Assembly: GCA_965206595.1 (NCBI GenBank)
Contig: OZ242214.1
Coordinates: 6,240,001-6,304,000, forward strand
Reading direction: 5' to 3'
From: Candidatus Latescibacterota bacterium
GTDB taxonomy: Bacteria > Latescibacterota > UBA2968 > UBA8231
Length of the DNA: 64,000 bases
A program made the translations under genes and the position numbers. A model generated the notes under the pieces. The model saw only the letters and a list, made by a program, of their open reading frames with translations. It made no database searches and was not told where the DNA came from. Below, one piece after another: positions 1-11,648 of the stretch. The first letter of the stretch is position 1; each line of letters begins with the position of its first letter.

Positions 1-706
1 CGTAGCCGGCGGCGATGGCCTGCCGTTCGATTTCCCGCAGCTGCCCGGCGCCGTCTCCGGGCATTACGCGGTCGGCGTCCCCCTGCTGCGGCAGCGGCGT
101 CCCCGAGGGGACGTCGTTCCAGTGCCAGATGGCGACCCGGTCCCCCGGGACTTGGGCGATCTCCGCGACCGAGCCGCCCCCGCGCAGGATATGGAAGGGG
201 TCCATCACCACGCGGGCCTCGGGATGGTCGGCGGCGCGGGCGATCTTCCAGGCCTGCGTGATAGTGTGGACCGAGCCGGCGAACCCGAGGAACTCCATCG
301 CCGGCCATACCCCGAACCCGCTTCCGAGCTCGATAAGCTCGCGGTACTGCTCGCCGGCCCCGTCGAGGTCGCACCGTTCCTGCGGCGGCGAGGCGACGAT
401 GCGCCGGGAACCGATGGCCGCAGCCTGCTCCATGCGCCTCCCTGCTTCGGCCAGGGCCGCGGTGTGCTCCTCTCCGCGGGAACCGAGCCAGCCGTGAACG
501 GCGATGACCCCGGGGACCTCGAGGCCCCTGTCCTCCAGCGCCCTGCGAATGTCGGCGAGCGCACCGCCGGCCCGCAGGAAGGCGTCGATATCGTCGCTCC
601 ACAGCTCGATGGCGCGGAAGCCGGCCTCGGAAGCCAGGCGAATCTTGTCGAGCAGGGGAACGGGCTGGATCGTGCTGCTGTTGAGGCAGTACTGGAAACA
701 CGGCAT
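1..706 (-). CDS. Sugar phosphate isomerase/epimerase (xylose-isomerase-like TIM barrel), 3' end runs off the window
   Basis: Manual translation from ATG at 706: MPCFQYCLNSSTIQPVPLLDKIRLASEAGFRAIELW...AMEFLGF...VMDPFH...HWND, the typical AP-endonuclease-2 barrel metal ligands. Absent from the ORF track because it has no stop in the window. Confidence 0.85.
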   Translation of the reverse strand, partial: MPCFQYCLNSSTIQPVPLLDKIRLASEAGFRAIELWSDDIDAFLRAGGALADIRRALEDRGLEVPGVIAVHGWLGSRGEEHTAALAEAGRRMEQAAAIGSRRIVASPPQERCDLDGAGEQYRELIELGSGFGVWPAMEFLGFAGSVHTITQAWKIARAADHPEARVVMDPFHILRGGGSVAEIAQVPGDRVAIWHWNDVPSGTPLPQQGDADRVMPGDGAGQLREIERQAIAAGY

Positions 707-742
707 GCGTGCTCTCCGGCGGATGAAACCGACTTCGAGCTG

Positions 743-1777
743 TCAGGCGACGTGCAGGTAGTCGCGGCCCTCGGCAAGGGCCATGCGCTGCAGCTCGCGG
801 CCAATCTCGACCCGGGCACCCCGCGAGGCAACCGCGGACAGCAGCATCGGGTTGCGGCAGCGGCGCCAGCGCCCGGCGAACTCCGCGGCCGAGACGATGT
901 CGACCCGGCGCAGGGTGCTGCCGATCTTGGCCGGGGCGATGTCGATGAAGGCGGCGAGGGGGCATCCCCCCCTGGCCAGGTGCTTCGAAAGGCGCCTCCC
1001 GGTCTTTCCGGCGCCCCAGATGAATACCGCGTCGCGTCCCTTGAGCGGACCGGCGAGCAGGTAGTGGGCTTTGGCGCGGAGGAAGTTCTCCACCGAGTAA
1101 CGGCTGTCGGTGCGGGTGAGGCGGCCGGGGTGCTCGCGCCAGCGCAGCAGCACCTCGGGGACCTTGGCGAAGCGAACCCCCGCGGCGGCGAGCCGCAGCC
1201 ACAGATCGTAGTCTTCCGCCCAGCCGCGGTCCTCGTATCCCCCCGCCTCCTCCAGGACGCTTCGGCGAACGCAGGCGCTGGGGTGGGTGATCGGACTCTC
1301 GATGAAGAGCTCCCTGAGGATCTCCTCGTGGGTTCGCAGCCGGTTCTGCCATCCGAGGTACACCCGCATGCCCTCGCCCAGCTGCGCCCGCGGAAAGCCC
1401 TCGACGAGACAGCCAACCACCCCGAGCCCGGGGTCGCGTTCCAGCATTTCCACCTGTCTCTCCAGGCGTTCCGGGAGGGAGAGGTCGTCGGCATCCATGC
1501 GGGCGACACAGGGAGCGCGGCAGTACCGCAGGCCGGCGTTGAGTGCGGCGATCAGGCCGGCGCGGCCCAGGGTCACGGGGCGGACGCGACGGTCGCGGGC
1601 GGCGGCCTCCCCCAAGATGCGGCTGCTTCCATCTTCGGAGCCGTCGTCGACGGCGACGATCTCGAGGTCTCGAAGGGTCTGTTCGCAGATGCTCCGCAGC
1701 GCCTCGGCAAGGGTCGCTGCGGCGTTGTGAACCGGCATAAGGACGGAAACTCGTGGCAGGGACATGGTGGTATTCAT
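743..1777 (-). CDS. Glycosyltransferase family 2 with C-terminal Rossmann-like domain
   Basis: VSVLMPVHNAA, VDDGSED, ARMDADD and AEDYDLWLR motifs; C-terminal FIWGAGKTG. Start at 1777 or 1765. Confidence 0.9.
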   Translation of the reverse strand: MNTTMSLPRVSVLMPVHNAAATLAEALRSICEQTLRDLEIVAVDDGSEDGSSRILGEAAARDRRVRPVTLGRAGLIAALNAGLRYCRAPCVARMDADDLSLPERLERQVEMLERDPGLGVVGCLVEGFPRAQLGEGMRVYLGWQNRLRTHEEILRELFIESPITHPSACVRRSVLEEAGGYEDRGWAEDYDLWLRLAAAGVRFAKVPEVLLRWREHPGRLTRTDSRYSVENFLRAKAHYLLAGPLKGRDAVFIWGAGKTGRRLSKHLARGGCPLAAFIDIAPAKIGSTLRRVDIVSAAEFAGRWRRCRNPMLLSAVASRGARVEIGRELQRMALAEGRDYLHVA

Positions 1778-1983
1778 CCCCAGGCGGCTCTGGTTGCAGG
1801 TGGCCGGAGGAACTTCTGCTTTCGAAGTTGAACCGGGGAAGGCAACTGGGACCGACCGGGATCCAGGGGAAGAGCGAACAGGCGATCCGGTCCGAGCGGA
1901 CGGTTGCGATTCTCCAAAGGATGCGCCGTCAGCACCTATATTGAGTGGCTCGGTATACGCAAAGGAAACCAGCAAGGGCCTCC

Positions 1984-2745
1984 ATGATCCACCTGAAATC
2001 CGCCAGGGAAATCGAGAAGATACGCGCCAGCTGCCGCATCGCGGCCGAGGCGATGATGCAAGTCCGGGAGGCTGTCGCTCCGGGAGTGAGCACTGGCGAG
2101 CTCGACGTTGTGGCCGCCGCGTACATCCGCAGCCGGGGGGCGGTTGCCAGCGCCAAGGGGTACCGCGGCTACCCGGCCAGTATCTGCGTCTCGATCAACG
2201 AGGTCATCGTTCACGGGATTCCCGGCCCGCGCCGGCTCGCCGAAGGGGATATCGTCGCCGTCGACATCGCGGTCAGGAAGGACGGCTTCCACGGCGACAT
2301 GAACGTTTCCTTCGCGGTCGGCGAGACCTCCGGGGAGGCCCGGGACCTGCTGGCGACGACCCGCGAAGGAATGGAGATCGGCCTGCGCGCCTGCGTCGCC
2401 GGCAAGCGGCTCGGGGACGCAGGCCACGCGATCCAGGAGTTCGTCGAAGGCAGGGGGTACTCGATCGTGCGGGAATACTGCGGCCACGGCATCGGGCGGG
2501 AGTTCCACGAGGAGCCGCAACTGCTGCATTTCGGCACCCCGGACACGGGCCGGCGGCTGCAACCCGGAGTGGTGTTCACCGTGGAGCCGATGGTCAACGC
2601 CGGCGGGCCGGAGGTGCGCCTCCTCGACGACGACTGGACCGCGGTTACCCTGGACGGAAGCCTCTCCGCCCAGTTCGAGCACACCGTGGCGGTGACCGCG
2701 GACGGCCCCGACGTGCTTTCGAGATTCGACGACCTGCCGTTCTGA
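1984..2745 (+). CDS. map: Type I methionine aminopeptidase
   Basis: CVSINEVIVHGIP, DIAVRKDGFHGD, GHGIGREFHEEP, EPMVNAG, SAQFEHT. Confidence 0.97.
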   Translation: MIHLKSAREIEKIRASCRIAAEAMMQVREAVAPGVSTGELDVVAAAYIRSRGAVASAKGYRGYPASICVSINEVIVHGIPGPRRLAEGDIVAVDIAVRKDGFHGDMNVSFAVGETSGEARDLLATTREGMEIGLRACVAGKRLGDAGHAIQEFVEGRGYSIVREYCGHGIGREFHEEPQLLHFGTPDTGRRLQPGVVFTVEPMVNAGGPEVRLLDDDWTAVTLDGSLSAQFEHTVAVTADGPDVLSRFDDLPF

Positions 2746-2929
2746 ACCGGGTTTGCCGAATTCCGGGCGGCTCCTAGATTTTGTCGATGCAATCTGTTAC
2801 CGGAGTTCCTGGCATCCTGCGGCGTTCGCCTGAGGAGGACGCGGCCCCGGGCTGCAGGAGCCATGCCGGCCGAGTCCCGCCCCGGCCTCGACTGCCGGGA
2901 CGGCACCCAAGCGAGAAAAGGAAACCGAG

Positions 2930-3208
2930 ATGGCCCAGAATTTACGGTCCCGCAACGAAGAGGAAGCGACCGATTTTTCGACCTTCGATTCGGGAAGCAC
3001 ACGCGAGCTGGAAGTAGAGGACGTCTGCTGCATCACCGGCGAGGAGGTGCCTGCCAGCTTCTGCCGGTTTCCCGACTACCGGCGGGGAACGATGATGGTG
3101 ATGTCGAAGAAGCATGCGATCGAGCATCTGCGAAAAGGAACCACCATCGAGAAGTTCAAGGAGGTCCTTGTCGAACGGCACGGGCAGGAGGTCCTCGACG
3201 AATACTGA
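2930..3208 (+). CDS. Small hypothetical protein (92 aa)
   Basis: AAGGA RBS upstream, host-like codon usage, globular composition. Confidence 0.7.
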   Translation: MAQNLRSRNEEEATDFSTFDSGSTRELEVEDVCCITGEEVPASFCRFPDYRRGTMMVMSKKHAIEHLRKGTTIEKFKEVLVERHGQEVLDEY

Positions 3209-3323
3209 TCGAGGCATTTCCTGACGGCGCCTTCATCCGGCGTGATCGGAACGGGCAAGCAGGCCCCGTCTCCGGTCTCGCTGGCCCCCCTTTCCACCTG
3301 ATTTTCCGCCGCGTCGGCGGCGG

Positions 3324-3890
3324 TCAGACCCTGTCCAGCAACATCTGAATATCCTCCCCCAAGGCCGAGAATGGGGAGAAGCGCCCCGATCTGTCGCGGG
3401 GAACGCCGCGGTGCACGGCCCGGGTTTCGCCGTTCTGGTCGATGACGATCGTCAGCGGTATGGAGACCATCGGGGAGGAATCGTAGTTGCGCACCCAACG
3501 CATGTCCGCGTCGTAGTAGATCGGGTAGTTGATTCCGTACTCCCCCGTGAAGCGGCGCAGCCTGGCATCGATCTGCTCGGGCGTGCCGTGTTCGCTCATC
3601 GCGATGCCGACGATGGCGACGTCGTCCTCGGCGAACCCCTGGCGCAGCTTGACGAGGTCGGGTATTTCGATGCGACAGGGCCCGCACCAGGTCGCCCAGA
3701 AATTGATGACGAGCACCTTGCCCATGTGGGCTTCCGGCCTGAAGTCGGCGGCGTCGCCGACGGAGCCGGGGACGTTGGCAGGGGCCTGCTCGGAGGTGTC
3801 GGCGCCGCTGCAGCCGAATAGGCCCGGGAGGGCGGCCAGAAGGGGCGGGAGGAGGTGTTTCAGGATGATTCGACGTGCTGATCGCTGCAT
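3324..3890 (-). CDS. TlpA/ResA-family thiol-disulfide oxidoreductase lipoprotein
   Basis: INFWATWCGPC motif; signal peptide with lipobox-like LFGC; start uncertain. Confidence 0.9.
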   Translation of the reverse strand: MQRSARRIILKHLLPPLLAALPGLFGCSGADTSEQAPANVPGSVGDAADFRPEAHMGKVLVINFWATWCGPCRIEIPDLVKLRQGFAEDDVAIVGIAMSEHGTPEQIDARLRRFTGEYGINYPIYYDADMRWVRNYDSSPMVSIPLTIVIDQNGETRAVHRGVPRDRSGRFSPFSALGEDIQMLLDRV

Positions 3891-4106
3891 GGAAGCGAAT
3901 ATAGAGGCGGCCAATGGGGGCTGCCACTGTCTGAGGGGCGACAGTCGGGGGGCAAGTCAATCCCATGTGAAGGAAGTCAACGACCTTTAGCGGATCCGAA
4001 AAATCTGCCGGGCGCAGGCAGCCGTACCGATGGCAACGCCGTGGAAAGCGCCACTTTGGCTCACATCAAGGCCAGCCTGTCCAAGTAAGCCAGCCTGTTA
4101 AACCCC

Positions 4107-7100
4107 TCAGGCTCGCGGTGCAGCCCCCCTGGTGTTCGGCGCTTCGGTGAGCCATGGTTTCTCCGGCTCGATCAGCGTTCCCACCGCCTTCAGCAGCTCG
4201 TCCGACGGATCGACCCGCAACGACCGCGAGCGCACCACCGCGTCCTTGCCTCCCCCGTTCCTCAGGTGGATCAGCAGCTCGCAGTTCCCGGTGTGCTGGT
4301 CGACAAGCCGGCGCAGGCGCTGCAGCAGGTCCGAGCTGCTTTCGTCGTCGAACTTGAGGACGAAGTTCACCGCCTTCGTCAGTTTCTGCCGCGCCTCGTC
4401 GAGGGGGATCAGCGACTCGGCCTGGAGGCCGAGGTTGCCGTTGCGGCGCGACACGCGGCCTTCGGCGAGCACCGCCCGCCCCTGCTCGATCAGGGGGCGG
4501 AAAGTGGTGTAGGCGTCGGAGAAGAAGACGACATCGATCTTGCCGCCCTGGTCTTCGATGGTCGCGAAGGCGATGCTCTGGCCGCGGCGGTCAGTCGACG
4601 TGCTGATCCGGGTGATGAGCCCGCCGATGCGCACGGAAGCCCCGTCGGCGTAGCGTTCGAGCTCCCCCACAGGGGTGGCGAAATAGCGCAGGTCCCTGGC
4701 GTGCTGGTTGAGCGGGTGGCTGGAGACGTAAAACCCCAGCAGCTCCTGCTCGCGTTCGAGGCATTCCGACTGGCTCCACTCCGCCGTTTCCGGAAGCGAC
4801 GGCTTGTCGACCTGCGCAACCACCTCTTCGGCATCGTCGAAGAGGCTTCTCTGGCCGCGCAACTTCTGCTCGTTGGCGATCTGGGCGTTCCTCAGCACCA
4901 GATCGAGACCTTCCAGCATCTGGGCGCGGTGCGTTCCCTGGCGGTCGACGGCCCCGGCGGCGATCAGGCTCTCGATCACCCGCCTGTTGACCGCCTTGAG
5001 GTCGAGGCGCTGGCAGAGATCGAACAGGTCTGCGAAGGCCTCCCCGTCGGCCCTGGCCTCGACGATGGCCTGCGCCGCCCCTTCGCCGACGTTCTTGATT
5101 GCGGCGAGACCGAAGCGGATGCCCTCCGGGGTCGGTGTGAAGTTGACGGCGCTCTTGTCGACGTCGGGGGGCAGCACAGGCAGGTCCATGTTCCGGCACT
5201 CCTCCAGCAGCACGGTCAGGCGATCGGTGTTGGTGCGGTCCGTGGTCAGGCTCGCGGCCATGTACTCCCTGGGATAGTGGGCCTTGAGGTAGGCGTTCTT
5301 GTAGGCCACCTCGGAATAGCAGGCCGAGTGCGACTTGTTGAACCCGTACCCGGAAAACACCTCGATATCTTCCCACACCTTCCCGGCGACCTTCTGCGGC
5401 ACGCCGTTTCCCTGCGCCCCTTCGAGGAAGTCGTGGCGGTATTTCTCCATGACGTCGGCGAGCTTCTTGCCCATCGCCTTGCGGATGCCGTCGGCCTGGC
5501 CGAGGGTGAAGCCGGCCATGTCGCGGGCGATGCGCTGCACCTGCTCCTGGTAGGTGATGACCCCGTAGGTCTCCTCGAGTATCGGCTCGAGCAGCGGGTG
5601 GTCGTGCTCGACCGCCTGCTCCCCCTGTTTGCGGGCGATGAAGTCCGGGATGCGCTGCATCGGTCCGGGGCGGTAGAGCGCGTTCATGGCGATCACGTCC
5701 TCGATCTTGTCCGGCTTGAGCTGCACGAGGTACTCGCGCATGCCGGCGCTCTCGAACTGGAACACCCCGATGGTGTCGCCCCTGCTGAACAGGTCGAAGG
5801 TCTCCGCGTCGTCCCAGGGGATCGCCGAGAGGTCGAAGCCGGGCTCGTGCAGGCGGATCAGGCGCACCGCCTCGTCCCTCAGCGACAGCTCCTTGAGTCC
5901 GAGGATGTCCATCTTGAGCAGGCCGACCGACATGCAGGTCTCGCCGTCGAACTGGGTGGTGACCGTGCCGTCCTTGGGAGCGCGGTAGAGGGGCACGTAA
6001 TCGGTCAGCTCGGAGGGGGCGATGATGACGGCGCAGGCATGGACGGAGGCGTGGCGGGCCATGCCCTCGAGCTTGCGGGAATACTCGATCAGCCGGCCCT
6101 CCGCGCCCGGCGCCTCGGCGAGCTGCTGCAGCTCCGGGACCCGTTCGATGGCGCTGTCGAGGGTGATCTTGAGCTCGTTGGGGATCAGCTTGGCGATGCC
6201 GTCGACCTCCCCGAAGGGCATTCCGAGAACGCGGCCGACGTCGCGCACCACCGCCTTGGCTCCCATGGTCCCGAAGGTGATCACCTGCGAGACGTTGGCC
6301 TCGCCGTACTTCTCGACGATGTAGCGGACGACCCTGTCGCGGCCGGTATCGGCGAAGTCGATGTCGATGTCGGGCGGTTCGATGCGCTCGGGATTGAGGA
6401 AACGCTCGAACAGCAGGTCGAACTTCATCGGATCGGTGTCGGTGATCTCCAGGCAGTAGGAGACCAGGCTGCCGGAGGCAGAGCCGCGGCCGGGGCCGAC
6501 TGAGATCCCGCTCCTGCGGGCGAACTTGACGATGTCCCAGACGATGAGGAAGTAGCCGGCGAATCCCTCCTTGATCAGCAGGTCGAGCTCGTAATCGAGC
6601 CGTTTCTCCAGGCCGGGATCTGATTTGCCGTAGCGCCGCTCGAGCCCTTCCCGGGCGAGCCGGGTCAGGAAATCGCCGCTGCTCTCGTACCCTTCGGGAA
6701 TCGGGAAGTTCGGCATGTGGGATTCCCCGAAATCGAGCTCGAGGTCGCATTTGTCGGCGATCTCGACCGTCTTTTCCAAGGCGTCCGGCAGGTCGTTGAA
6801 CAGCTCCTGCATTTGCGCCGGGTTCTTCATGAACAGCCCGTCGGGGTAGCAGAGGCGGTTGTCGTCGTCGACGGTCTTGCCGGTCTGGATGCAGATCAGG
6901 GCGTCGTGGGCGTCGTGGTCGTCGGCGCGGAGGAAGTGGAAGTCGTTGGTCGCGACCAGGGGCACCCCCAGCTTCCGGTGCAGTTCGAGCAGGCCCTCGT
7001 TGACCTTGGCCTCGGCGGGGATGCCGTGGCGCTGGATCTCGAGGTAGTAGTCGTCACCGAAGTGGTCGGCGAACCAGCGCGCCGACTCTTCGGCCGCGGC

Positions 7101-7568
7101 GAGGCCGTCGTTCTGCAGCAGGTGCGGGATCTCGCCGCTGACGCAGCCGGAAAGGCAGATCAGGCCTTCGCAATGTCCGGCGAGCAGTTCCCGGTCAATG
7201 CGCGGGAAGTAGTAGAAGCCCTCGAGATACGCTTTCGATACCAGCTTGACGAGGTTGCGGTAGCCGGTGCTGTTCCTGGCGAGGAGGACGAGGTGGTTGG
7301 AGGCGTGGCTCAGCCCTTTCGCCGCCTTGCGGTCGTGCCGGCTGCCGATGGCGACGTACACCTCGCAGCCGATGATCGGCTTGATGCCGATCTCCCGGCA
7401 GGCCCGGTAATGCTCGACGGCGCCGAACAGGTTGCCGTGGTCGGTGACCGCCAGCGCCGGCATCTCCAGCTCGGCGGCCAAGGCCGCCATGTCGCCGATG
7501 CGGCAGCCGCCGTCGAGAAGGCTGTACTCGCTGTGGCCGTGGAGGTGGACGAACTCGGCTTGAGGCAT
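4107..7568 (-). CDS. dnaE: DNA polymerase III alpha subunit
   Basis: PHP motif HLHGHSEYSLLDG, GPGRGSA, PPDIDIDF, GYGFNKSHS, C-terminal OB fold; GGAGG-like RBS before ATG 7568. Confidence 0.98.
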   Translation of the reverse strand: MPQAEFVHLHGHSEYSLLDGGCRIGDMAALAAELEMPALAVTDHGNLFGAVEHYRACREIGIKPIIGCEVYVAIGSRHDRKAAKGLSHASNHLVLLARNSTGYRNLVKLVSKAYLEGFYYFPRIDRELLAGHCEGLICLSGCVSGEIPHLLQNDGLAAAEESARWFADHFGDDYYLEIQRHGIPAEAKVNEGLLELHRKLGVPLVATNDFHFLRADDHDAHDALICIQTGKTVDDDNRLCYPDGLFMKNPAQMQELFNDLPDALEKTVEIADKCDLELDFGESHMPNFPIPEGYESSGDFLTRLAREGLERRYGKSDPGLEKRLDYELDLLIKEGFAGYFLIVWDIVKFARRSGISVGPGRGSASGSLVSYCLEITDTDPMKFDLLFERFLNPERIEPPDIDIDFADTGRDRVVRYIVEKYGEANVSQVITFGTMGAKAVVRDVGRVLGMPFGEVDGIAKLIPNELKITLDSAIERVPELQQLAEAPGAEGRLIEYSRKLEGMARHASVHACAVIIAPSELTDYVPLYRAPKDGTVTTQFDGETCMSVGLLKMDILGLKELSLRDEAVRLIRLHEPGFDLSAIPWDDAETFDLFSRGDTIGVFQFESAGMREYLVQLKPDKIEDVIAMNALYRPGPMQRIPDFIARKQGEQAVEHDHPLLEPILEETYGVITYQEQVQRIARDMAGFTLGQADGIRKAMGKKLADVMEKYRHDFLEGAQGNGVPQKVAGKVWEDIEVFSGYGFNKSHSACYSEVAYKNAYLKAHYPREYMAASLTTDRTNTDRLTVLLEECRNMDLPVLPPDVDKSAVNFTPTPEGIRFGLAAIKNVGEGAAQAIVEARADGEAFADLFDLCQRLDLKAVNRRVIESLIAAGAVDRQGTHRAQMLEGLDLVLRNAQIANEQKLRGQRSLFDDAEEVVAQVDKPSLPETAEWSQSECLEREQELLGFYVSSHPLNQHARDLRYFATPVGELERYADGASVRIGGLITRISTSTDRRGQSIAFATIEDQGGKIDVVFFSDAYTTFRPLIEQGRAVLAEGRVSRRNGNLGLQAESLIPLDEARQKLTKAVNFVLKFDDESSSDLLQRLRRLVDQHTGNCELLIHLRNGGGKDAVVRSRSLRVDPSDELLKAVGTLIEPEKPWLTEAPNTRGAAPRA

Positions 7569-7999
7569 GAAGGAGCTACCTCCGGACGGGGAGTCGCGGT
7601 GAGAGAAGGCCGGCCGAGAAGGAACCGGGCATCGGCTGCGGGACGCGCCGGGGAAACCGGAAGAACCGGAGGGGGGATCGCAACGGCGGTCGCGGAAATG
7701 GGAGAGTTGTGCCGGTCCCGGCGCGTATCGGGGAAATCGCCGAAAACGCGGAATACCGCGCCTGCACAGGCCTTGAAGCGCAAACGTATCAAGGCGGTTC
7801 CGGCGCGTCAATCAGGCCGTTTCCCGAAGAGGGAATCCCCCTGCCCGGGGTGCCCAAAACCGGTTCGGGGCTGTATTATCTATAAAATATTTCAGGCGTA
7901 ATTCGACCATTTCCCCGGGCGCAACTCCGATCGTTTTTCGCCGCCGCCTACCCGCTGCCCGACCCCGCCTCCTGACTCGAACATCGATTCTGCAAACAC

Positions 8000-9103
8000 G
8001 TGAAGCCCGTACTCGTCGCCGGGACGCGACCCAATTTCGTCAAGATCGCGCCGCTGGCCGCGGCCCTGCGCCGCTACCCGGAGGAATTCTCCCCCGTGGT
8101 CGTGCACACGGGGCAGCACTACGACTACAACATGTCCGAGGTGTTCTTCAGTGACTTCGGGATGCCGCCGCCGGACCATTACCTGGAGGCGGGGACCGGC
8201 ACAGGGGCGGCGCAGATCGCCGACATCATTGCCAGGTTCGACCGGGTCCTGCAACGGGAAGAACCGGATCTTGTCATCGTCCTCGGAGACGTCGCAGGCA
8301 CCCTGGCATGCGCCATGGCCGCCGCGGTCAGCGACATCCCGCTTGCTCACGTCGAGGCCGGCCTGCGCTGCGGGGACCGGCGCCTGCCGGAGGAGATCAA
8401 CCGCGTGGCGACCGACGCGGCCGCGGACCTGCTCTACACCTACTCCGAGGATGCCGACGCCAACCTCCTCGCCGAGAACGTACCGGCGCGCTGCATTCAC
8501 CGGGTCGGCAATCTGATGATCGACACCCTGCGCAGGCTGCAGCCCAGAGCGGCGAAGTCGAGCATACTCTCCGATCTGGGGCTGGCCACGGGGGAGTACG
8601 GGGTCGTGACCCTGCACCGCCAGTCCAACGTCGACGCCGCTGCCTCGCTCGAAGGGATCCTGCGCGCCCTGGTCGAGATCCAGCGGCGCCTTCCCCTGGT
8701 GTTTCCCGTGCATCCGCGTACCCGCAACAGCCTGCGCCGCTTCGGCCTCGACGGAATGATCGCCGAAGCCGGGAACCTGCGTCTACTCGAGCCGCTCGGC
8801 TATCTTGACATGCTGAAGCTGCTCGCATCCTCCGCGGTCGCCCTTGTGGACTCGGGCGGCATTCAGGAGGAGACCACCGTGCTCGGCATCCCCTGCCTGA
8901 CCCTGAGAGAATCGACCGAACGGCCGGTCACCGTCACCCAGGGGACCAACAGGCTGACGGGAACCGTGACCGGGCGGATCGTCGAGGAAGCGGTCCGCGT
9001 CCTCGACGGCGAAGCCCCGAAAGGGAGGATACCCGACCTTTGGGACGGCCGCAGCGCCGAGCGCCTGGTCGAGCACCTGCGGCAGCCGATCGAGCGTAGA
9101 TGA
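8000..9103 (+). CDS. wecB: UDP-N-acetylglucosamine 2-epimerase (non-hydrolysing)
   Basis: [36 protein letters not shown]. Confidence 0.95.
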   Translation: MKPVLVAGTRPNFVKIAPLAAALRRYPEEFSPVVVHTGQHYDYNMSEVFFSDFGMPPPDHYLEAGTGTGAAQIADIIARFDRVLQREEPDLVIVLGDVAGTLACAMAAAVSDIPLAHVEAGLRCGDRRLPEEINRVATDAAADLLYTYSEDADANLLAENVPARCIHRVGNLMIDTLRRLQPRAAKSSILSDLGLATGEYGVVTLHRQSNVDAAASLEGILRALVEIQRRLPLVFPVHPRTRNSLRRFGLDGMIAEAGNLRLLEPLGYLDMLKLLASSAVALVDSGGIQEETTVLGIPCLTLRESTERPVTVTQGTNRLTGTVTGRIVEEAVRVLDGEAPKGRIPDLWDGRSAERLVEHLRQPIERR

Positions 9104-9134
9104 GGCGGAATACAGCAAGCGAACGGAGCGCCGA

Positions 9135-10067
9135 ATGAGAGTGCTGATTACGGGGGGCGCCGGTTTCATCGGCTCCCACCTGTGCGACCTCTTCCTCGCC
9201 GAAGGGTGCGAGGTGATCTGCATGGACAACCTGCTGACCGGCAGGGAGGAAAACATCGCCGCGCATCTCGACAATCCCAGGTTCCGCTTCGTCCGTTGCG
9301 ACGTAACCGAGTACCTCGATGTCGAAGGGGAGCTCGACTACATCCTGCATTTCGCCAGCCCGGCCAGTCCCGCCGACTTCGAGAAACTGGGGATCCGCAT
9401 CCTCAAGGTGGGGGCCCTCGGGACCCACAAGACCCTCGGCCTGGCGCGGGCAAAAGGGGCGAGGTTCCTGCTGGCCTCGACCTCCGAGGTCTACGGCGAC
9501 CCCCTCGTCCACCCGCAGAGCGAGGAGTACCGGGGCAACGTGAACTGCATCGGCATCCGCGGCGTCTACGACGAGGCCAAGCGCTTCGCCGAATCGATGG
9601 CGATGGCCTACAACCGCACTCACGGCATCGACGTGCGCATTGTCAGGATTTTCAACACATATGGAGAGCGCATGCGCAGGAACGACGGCCGCGCCGTTCC
9701 CAACTTCATTACCCAGTCCCTGGCCGGGGAGGATGTAACCGTCTACGGGGACGGCAGCCAGACGCGCAGCATCCAGCACGTCAGCGACCTCGTAGCCGGG
9801 ATTCGCGCACTGATGCGGTCGGACGAGACCACACCGGTCAACATCGGCAACCCCGCGGAGATGACGATGCGCCAGCTTGCCGGGAAGATCATCGAGCTGG
9901 CCGGGAGCCCCAGCCGCATCGTCTACCGGCCCCTGCCCGAGGACGACCCGAAAATCCGCCTGCCGGACATCGCCAAGGCGCGCACCCAGTTGAACTGGGA
10001 GCCGAAGGTCGGCCCGGACGAGGGGCTGCGGCGAACCATCGAGTGGTTCAGAAAGGAGCGCTCGTGA
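9135..10067 (+). CDS. UDP-glucuronate decarboxylase (UDP-xylose synthase) family SDR
   Basis: [47 protein letters not shown]. Confidence 0.9.
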   Translation: MRVLITGGAGFIGSHLCDLFLAEGCEVICMDNLLTGREENIAAHLDNPRFRFVRCDVTEYLDVEGELDYILHFASPASPADFEKLGIRILKVGALGTHKTLGLARAKGARFLLASTSEVYGDPLVHPQSEEYRGNVNCIGIRGVYDEAKRFAESMAMAYNRTHGIDVRIVRIFNTYGERMRRNDGRAVPNFITQSLAGEDVTVYGDGSQTRSIQHVSDLVAGIRALMRSDETTPVNIGNPAEMTMRQLAGKIIELAGSPSRIVYRPLPEDDPKIRLPDIAKARTQLNWEPKVGPDEGLRRTIEWFRKERS

Positions 10068-11629
10068 GCCCTGTCGGCAGACTTGGTTCGCTCCCCGGGC
10101 GCGCGCTGGAGGGGAGCCTGCGGGAAGGCAGGCGTGACCGGTCCGCCAAGGTGTGGAAAACCGCGGGGAACCTTGGCGCCTGCTTCACGAGGAAACGCGG
10201 AGGACCGGTTCTGCTGCCGCTTTTTCTTGCCCTGGCAATCTGCGGCTGCGCCTCGGCCCCCCCGGTGAAGATGCAGGGGCACAGGCTCGAATTGCCCCTG
10301 TCCTGGAACGAGCGGCAGACCGGTTCCGGCCCGGTGGACGAGCTCTGGTGGCGGCGCTACGACCCGACACTGAGCCGGCTGCTCTCCGAAGCGCTGCAGC
10401 ACAACCACAGTCTCGAGGCCGCGGCGTCCCGGGTAGCGGCGGCGGCGGCGCAGGCGCGCATCGCCGGCGCCCCGCAATGGCCGCAACTGGGGGCTACAGG
10501 GACCGGATCCCGGCGGCGGCAGAACTTCGCCGGCTTTCCGTTGCCAACAGGCGGCCGGGAGGTGCTGGCGACTACATCGAACAGTTTCGGCGTCTCCCTC
10601 AACGTCAGCTGGGAGGTCGATCTGTGGGGACGGCTGCGGGCGGGCCAGGCCGCAGCGCTCGCCGAGGTGATGGCGAGCCAGGCTGATTTGGCGGGTGCGC
10701 GCCTGTCGCTGATCGCGCAGACCGCGCGCGCCTATTGGGCGGCGACCGAAGCCCGGAAGCAGGTGGACCTGGCGGCGTCGGCCGCGGCGGCCGCGCGGCT
10801 GTCTACCGGGCAGGTCGAGGAGCGCTACCGGCGCGGCCTGCGCTCGGCCTTGGACCTGCGCCTGTCGCGGTCGAGCGAGGCGGCGGCCGCGGCCGTGCTG
10901 AGCCAGCGCCGGCACCGGCTCGATCTGCTCAAACGGCAACTGGAGATACTCCTGGGCAGGTACCCGGCCGCCGAGATCGAGACCGGGGCGGAGCTGCCGG
11001 AGGTCACAGATCCGATACCCCCCGGCCTGCCGGCCGATCTGCTGGCGCGGAGGCCGGACCTGGTGTCCGCGGAGCGGCGTCTCGCCGCCGCGGACGCCCG
11101 TCTCGGCGAGGCCCGCCGGGCGCTCTACCCGCGCATCAGCCTGACCGGCTCCGGGGGCCGGTCCAGCGCCGAGCTGAGGGACCTTCTCAACGGGGACTTC
11201 GGCGTCTGGAATCTCGTGGGCAATCTCACCCAGCCGCTGCTCCAGGGCGGCCGCCTGCGCGCCGGAGTCGATCTGGCGAAGGCCACCAGGGAACAGGCCG
11301 TTGCGGGATTCGCGCAGCAGGTGCTGCTCGCCTGCGGCGAGGTGGAGAGTGCCCTGGGGGCAGACGCCTACCTCGCTGAGCAGGAGACGGCGCTGCAGCG
11401 CGCCACGGAGGAGGCGGTGGCGGCCCGGAGACTGGCGCGGGAACGCTACGACCGGGGCCTGGCCAACCTGATCGCCCTGCTCGAAGCCCAGCGCCGCGCC
11501 TACGACGCCGAGAGTCAGCTCGCCTCGGTGCGGCGGCAGCGCCTGGACAACCGCACCGATCTGCATCTCGCCCTCGGAGGGGATATCAGCGCCGCGGCCG
11601 TGTCCGAAATTCAAAGCGAGTCCAACTAA
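10064..11629 (+). CDS. Outer membrane efflux factor lipoprotein (NodT/OprM/TolC family)
   Basis: [37 protein letters not shown]; lipobox ICGC. GTG at 10064 overlaps the upstream stop (GTGA) after an AAGGAG RBS; start uncertain. Confidence 0.9.
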   Translation: MSPVGRLGSLPGRALEGSLREGRRDRSAKVWKTAGNLGACFTRKRGGPVLLPLFLALAICGCASAPPVKMQGHRLELPLSWNERQTGSGPVDELWWRRYDPTLSRLLSEALQHNHSLEAAASRVAAAAAQARIAGAPQWPQLGATGTGSRRRQNFAGFPLPTGGREVLATTSNSFGVSLNVSWEVDLWGRLRAGQAAALAEVMASQADLAGARLSLIAQTARAYWAATEARKQVDLAASAAAAARLSTGQVEERYRRGLRSALDLRLSRSSEAAAAAVLSQRRHRLDLLKRQLEILLGRYPAAEIETGAELPEVTDPIPPGLPADLLARRPDLVSAERRLAAADARLGEARRALYPRISLTGSGGRSSAELRDLLNGDFGVWNLVGNLTQPLLQGGRLRAGVDLAKATREQAVAGFAQQVLLACGEVESALGADAYLAEQETALQRATEEAVAARRLARERYDRGLANLIALLEAQRRAYDAESQLASVRRQRLDNRTDLHLALGGDISAAAVSEIQSESN

Positions 11630-11648
11630 TTTGGAACAGACTGAGGTG

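Noticed and set aside
4071-4098. 10-bp direct repeat GCCAGCCTGT x2 downstream of dnaE
   Set aside because: Only two short copies; cannot be distinguished from chance or a minor operator
4107-7811. Intein or N-terminal extension in DnaE
   Set aside because: Length and motifs are normal from ATG 7568; no intein signatures
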